Origin: Bugula neritina
Lineage: Eukaryota; Animalia; Bryozoa
DNA length: 64,000 bases
Assembly: GCA_964035545.1 (NCBI GenBank)
Contig: OZ037767.1
Span: forward strand, 31,574,628-31,638,627
Direction of reading: 5' to 3'
Under the pieces are notes generated by a model, which saw only the letters and a program-made list of their open reading frames with translations, made no database searches and was not told where the DNA came from. A program made the translations under genes and the position numbers. Below, in pieces: positions 58,786 to 64,000 of the stretch. Positions within the stretch are counted from its first letter, which is position 1; every line of letters begins with the position of its first letter.

Positions 58786-61700
58786 AGTAGTACTAGTACT
58801 ACATACTACTACTACTACTACATACTACTACTACATACTACTACTGCTACTGCTGCTACTACTAGTAATACTAGTACTACTAGTAATACTAGTAGTACTA
58901 GTATTACTAGTAGTACTAGTACTACTAGTAATACTAGTACTACTACTATCACCTGGCCATGAAAGAGCTTTTTAAACTTGATTATATATTTATCTCTGTC
59001 CCCATATGTATTGAACTCCTCCCCTCCCCAAGTTATAGTAGATGGGAAACTAACTCAACTCTGCAATTAAAAGATTTTGTAGTTTGACTTTTGTCTCACA
59101 ATGACATGTCAAAAGAGAATACATTGCTACTTTCACCATCTATTGAAAGAAAGCTTGGTGTATGTAGTTTATAGGTCAATAGACACACAACTATTATGGC
59201 CTGCCTTCTCTCCTGTTAGTGTTTAGCCCCTAGTACTGCGCTATTGTCATTGTGATGTATGCACGTTGCTGTCACAATGATTGATTACACGTACGCTGAA
59301 CCAGGCACTCTGCTCTGTGCACAGCCTCCAGGCATGCAGGTTGAAGAATGCAGCTGACAATATAATTATACGTTTTTGAATAACCAGCCAAAGTAGGCAG
59401 TCATAATGTGGGCCTAAGCTGCTCCTTCTGACGTCAGGTCTTCTGTTAGTATGTAGGCCTATAGTAAGCTGTTAGTGTGTATAGTAAGCTGTTAGTATGT
59501 ATAGTAAGCTGTTAGTGTGTATAGTAAGCTGTTAGTGTGTATAGTAAACTGCACTCAACTCAATGTGAGTGCAATGTGTTAGTTTCAAAGCCTGCCTCGA
59601 ATTTAATTTTTCATATAATTTGAAAAACAAGTCAGACTGGAATGAATCACCTCAATGTTACCTTCACCGGGTCTCTGGAAGATCACATTGGAGTTGTCAT
59701 TTCATGAAAACTTTACTGAACTTTTACATAGTTTACTTTTCAGTTATGGGTTTGCAATAATTATGATAAATCTGAGTCATTACGCTGTGTGTAGAGATAG
59801 AGAGTTACTAGAGAGAGATAGAGTAAGTATGTTGTGTGTAGAGATAGATAGATAGTTACTAGAGAGAGATAGAGTAGGTATGTTGTGTAGAGAGAGATGG
59901 AGAGTTACTAGAGAGAGATAGAGTAAGTATGTTGTGTAGAGATAGATGGAGAGTTACTAGAGAGAGATAGAGTAAGTATGTTGTGTAGAGAGAGATGGAT
60001 AGTTACTAGGGAGAGATGGATAGTTACTAGAGAGAGATGGAGTAAGTATGTTGTGTAGAGAGAGATGGATAGTTACTAGAGAGAGATAGAACTATCCCTT
60101 TAGACTGAGTTCCGTGTCATCGGTACTTTACAGCGGGCTGATAGGCAAGAGCTGGGCTATGCTGTTTGCTGGTGCAGGGTACAGGGTGGTGCTCTACGAC
60201 ACTGTGGAGTCCCAGGTGACCGCTGCCTTGGCCGACATTGAGCAGCAGCTGACTAGACTGGAGGAGTCGCAACTCCTTAAAGGGTCTCTCTCTAGTCAGC
60301 AGCAGTTTGCTCTCATCTCCGGGACCAACGACCTGGCTGAGGCAGCGACTGACGCCATCTACGTACAGGTAAGTTAGTCTACGTACAGGTAAGTTAGTGT
60401 ACATACAGGTAAGTTAGTCTACGTACAGGTAGGTTAGTCTACGTACAGGTAGGTTAGTGTACGTACAAGTAAGTTAGTCTATGTACAGGTGAGTTGGTTT
60501 ACATACAGGTAAGTTATTCTACGTACAGGTAGGTTAGTGTATGTACAAGTGAGTAATATACGGAATTCTGGTTGCAGGAGAATGTTCCAGAGAATTTGGA
60601 GATCAAAAAGAAAGTCTTCCAGCAGTTGGATGAGTTGGCCAGCGAGAAGACGATTCTAGCCTCTTCCACCAGCTGCCTTGTTCCTAGTAAATTTACTGCG
60701 GGACTGAAACACAGTAGCCAGTGCATCGTAGCCCACCCGGTCAGTGTGTGCTGCACCATCATCTGTGTCATACTGTAAAAGCTATGAATAGTTTAGTAGT
60801 TATTAAGACTAGAATATTTGTGCTGTTGGTGTTGTCTGTTGATGATTGCTGTTGGACGACTCTCTTGTATTTGTATTGGTTCAATACTTGTGGCTAATAC
60901 CTCAGTTCTCCAGTGCTCTGGGAGTTATTTGCCCTTGAGTTTAAACATCATTTTATGATATTATAAAAATAAATATTGTCGAGAAGTTATTAGACTTGTA
61001 GTCAACTGCGAGCTACCCTGTGATTGTGAGACTAATGTTACGTGTTTGTGTTAGTATGATTCTGCTTACATTTCACTGTAATGTGAACCAGATGGCTATG
61101 ACAATGTCGAGTATAAAATTGAAATTTTTAGACAAGTACAGTTTGTCTGAAGGAAATCTTTAATTAAAGTCTGAAAGGTGATTGCAACATAACTGTTGTC
61201 GTGTTCATGACACCCAATTGCTAACTGGCTTCGTGTAAACTCATTCAATTTAATCATATGAATTCTTAGATTAAACTGAGGACTCGCACTGAATGGTTTT
61301 ATATCGGCTACCGTGAAGTGTGGTGCACCCAAGGGAATTAAATTTAATAAATCGTGTCTAAATATTTTACCTGCTATTGAGCAATATTGGATATGGCAAA
61401 GTCTTAATATAACATATAGGTGTATTATTAGATTCGTGTTAGACGAATGAGCAGAGCTAACTAATATAATATAGCCCAGGAGTTAAATGAAGGACTTTTC
61501 TCCATATATGTTATATCATGGTATCTACTGGTTTTAGATTAACCCACCATATTACGTGCCTCTCGTTGAGTTGATGCCCGCCCCGTACACTTCTGCTGAC
61601 GTTGTACAAAGAGCTAAGGCTATTCACATAGAGTGTGGGCAGCAGCCAGTGGTGTTCAGAAAGGAGATAGAGGGTTTTGGGATCAACAGGCTACAGTACG

Positions 61701-62657
61701 CTCTGCTAAACGAGTGTCTTAGACTCGTTCAGGTGTGTCTTCATCTTTCATCTCCGCATCTGAAGTTTAGCTAGTCACCATTTCTAGTTGTGGGCAGTTT
61801 CTAATGATCACAGGCTAAGTTATCAGAAACTCTGTCTTTATTTCAATCAGTGGATAGTGTTTACTGTGCTTGCTGCCGATTATTTAGGATGACGTGATGT
61901 CGGTGGAAGACATTGACAAGGTGATGTCTTATGGTCTGGGCCACAGGTACGCCTTCATGGGACCTCTTCAGACAGCGCTGCTCAATGCCGAAGGTGAAGT
62001 GCGCTGCCGCTGTGATTGCTGCCGCTGTGACTGCTGCCCGCTTGCTATTCTGTAGATATACAAATGTCCCTTGAGAAGAATTATCAGTTTCAAATCAGCT
62101 GCTAAATTAGAAGCTATACGTTCTGGTCACGATACTCGGGGTTGACGTCAGTCATGGGCTTTCACAACGTCATTGGATATTTCTGTACCTACTTCTCGGT
62201 TACTGTGTTGATGTACTCACGCTTTCCTCCTCATTTCCTCCATTTCCTCTTTTGCTTTATCACTTCCTGTAGCATTTACTGTAAACCAACTCAATGTGTT
62301 CATCTTTTAGGTCTTCCTAATTATTGTGACCGCTATGGGGAGACTATAGTTAGAGTGAGCGAGACGTATGGACCCACCCCAACTTGGAAAGCTGATGACC
62401 CGGTAACTCTAGATCTAAGGCTTTAAAAGTTTCATGCATGTTCTTGTTGCTCGTTACTGTTGCTAGTTATTGTTGCTAGACACTGTTGCTAGTTACTGTT
62501 GCTAGTTATAGTTGCCTATTGTTGTTGCTGGTTTCAGGTAATACAGGAAATCCAGCGTCAGTTCGATGCCGTTGGTCTGGGAGTTGACCAACTGCCCGCC
62601 AGACGAGCGTGGAGAGATGAGAATCTCGCTAGACTTGCTAAGCTGAAACAAGAGTGA
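58633..62657 (+). CDS. CRYL1: Lambda-crystallin homologue / L-gulonate 3-dehydrogenase. Exons 58633-58676, 60134-60368, 60578-60739, 61538-61732, 61888-61993, 62311-62402, 62538-62657
   Basis: [23 protein letters not shown] (Rossmann GxGxxG), [81 protein letters not shown]. Confidence 0.93.
58728..58948. repeat. (CTG)n/(CTA)n trinucleotide microsatellite in CRYL1 intron 1
   Basis: Direct observation. Confidence 0.9.
59786..60090. repeat. ~45-bp purine-rich minisatellite upstream of a CRYL1 acceptor
   Basis: AGTTACTAGAGAGAGATAGAGTAAGTATGTTGTGTAGAGAGAGATGG variants. Confidence 0.85.
60358..60555 (+). repeat. 20-bp minisatellite whose unit is the CRYL1 exon 2 end plus splice donor
   Basis: CTACGTACAG|GTAAGTTAGT x ~10; real junction at 60368/60369. 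Confidence 0.92.
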
Positions 62658-63134
62658 GGAAAGACAACTCCGGACACACAATACTTACTAGTTGAAGGCA
62701 TCTATACTAGATTATAGACACAGCACAGCTCATATCTAACTTTACCTACCAGAGAATTATTATGGCTTACATTACACATTACATTATTATCTTTTTGGCC
62801 GCAACACGGGTTTTGTATACAGGACATTTTACTTTTTTCAAATAATCATTTATTTTGGCTTAAGTCTGCTTTGCTATTTTTATGCTTTTGAAATCTAAAA
62901 TAAATTGCTTTTATCATTTGTGTCATCCACTAAATTGTGGCCTTGTGGTTGTCTTTCATAAGGCTAATGGGTGAATATGTAATAGAGTAAAGCATCACTT
63001 GAAATCAATACATCTTCTGCGTTGATGAGGGTTAAACAACTGTCTTCCACTCAGAGTAATGAACTATCTATTTATAGAAGGCAACATGTTAATTAATTAG
63101 ACTGCCCACAATGCATATAACTCATAGCTTTATA

Positions 63135-63315
63135 CTATACATAAATATATATATAATATATATAAATATATATATAAGATATATAATATATATAACATAT
63201 ATATAATACATATATGTTATATATACAGTATATATATATGTTATATATACAGTATATATATATGTTATATATACAGTATATATATATGTTATATATACAG
63301 TATATATACAGTATA
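63135..63315. repeat. AT-rich low-complexity / 24-bp repeat
   Basis: ATATATGTTATATATACAGTATAT repeated. Confidence 0.85.
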
Positions 63316-64000
63316 AATGTGTGTGTTGACAATCAGGCAACTGATGAGAAAATAATATATTATATAAATTATGCATTAAGAAATACATATATAAATATAT
63401 AATCCAGCCCACATATATTGTAGAATTGTAGTTACATTTCTCCTACACATGAGTATTGTGACTTTCAAATGTCAAGAGTCATTATTTAAATCTAATTTGT
63501 AAGACCATGGTGTCCTCAATATCGAGTTGATAAGCATTTTATATTAGTGACTGCCATAACCTTGTGTTAAACTCTCTCTCTCTTACAGAAATATAGAGTG
63601 GCTGTGGTCTAGAAACCGCAGTCACTTGGAGAATGTTTATGGATTATTTTCTTCACCTTGTAGTTTGACTTCAGTTGCATTCAACAGCTGGTTAATAGCT
63701 GGTTTATGTTACAGTTTTGTGTACATCTATTAATTATATCACCTTTTGTAAGATTATAATTATATCTAATTATACCTTAGGTTATTTAGAGCCCTTGTGT
63801 TACCTCTGTCAACACCGCTCATCTTACAACATGTACTATAAATTAATCTAGCAGCTTGTTCATCAAGCTTCTTTGGCTCTGGTATAACTTTAGCGTATCA
63901 ATGATTATTTCCCTCAACTCCATCCACTCGTTACATGTTAGAGTAGTTACCAGCCTATTATACTACCTATTACTTGCAGCACTTAGTGCACTCAATCTCA

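Noticed and set aside
58700-58975. Poly-Leu ORF resembling a signal or transmembrane peptide
   Set aside because: (CTG)n/(CTA)n microsatellite in CRYL1 intron 1.

Overview
AT-rich, intron-containing animal genomic DNA, probably an invertebrate (lophotrochozoan-like is an inference). By splicing exons manually I find: the 3' end of an alanine-glyoxylate aminotransferase gene (AGXT, +); two paralogous IAP/BIRC genes (2xBIR + UBA-like + RING, +; 8623-12367 and 31575-34771) on either side of a complete 21-exon two-pore channel gene (TPCN2, -; 13890-28138); an ACOT7-like double-hotdog acyl-CoA thioesterase (-; 35459-52658) whose 13.5-kb last intron holds an 11-kb two-monomer satellite and a LINE fragment; a decayed ACOT exon copy; and a complete lambda-crystallin homologue (CRYL1, +). 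Mobile DNA comprises a deleted Gypsy element with PPT/3' LTR, a tRNA-derived SINE, a hAT-type long-TIR element with an 8-bp TSD and a visible paralogous empty site, and MITEs. The most unusual pattern is that many introns carry their own private minisatellite, and in at least seven cases the repeat unit contains the adjoining splice site, usually with exon bases; one array has units that each read as a complete GT...AG micro-intron. Exon boundaries were derived by eye and repeat boundaries are approximate.
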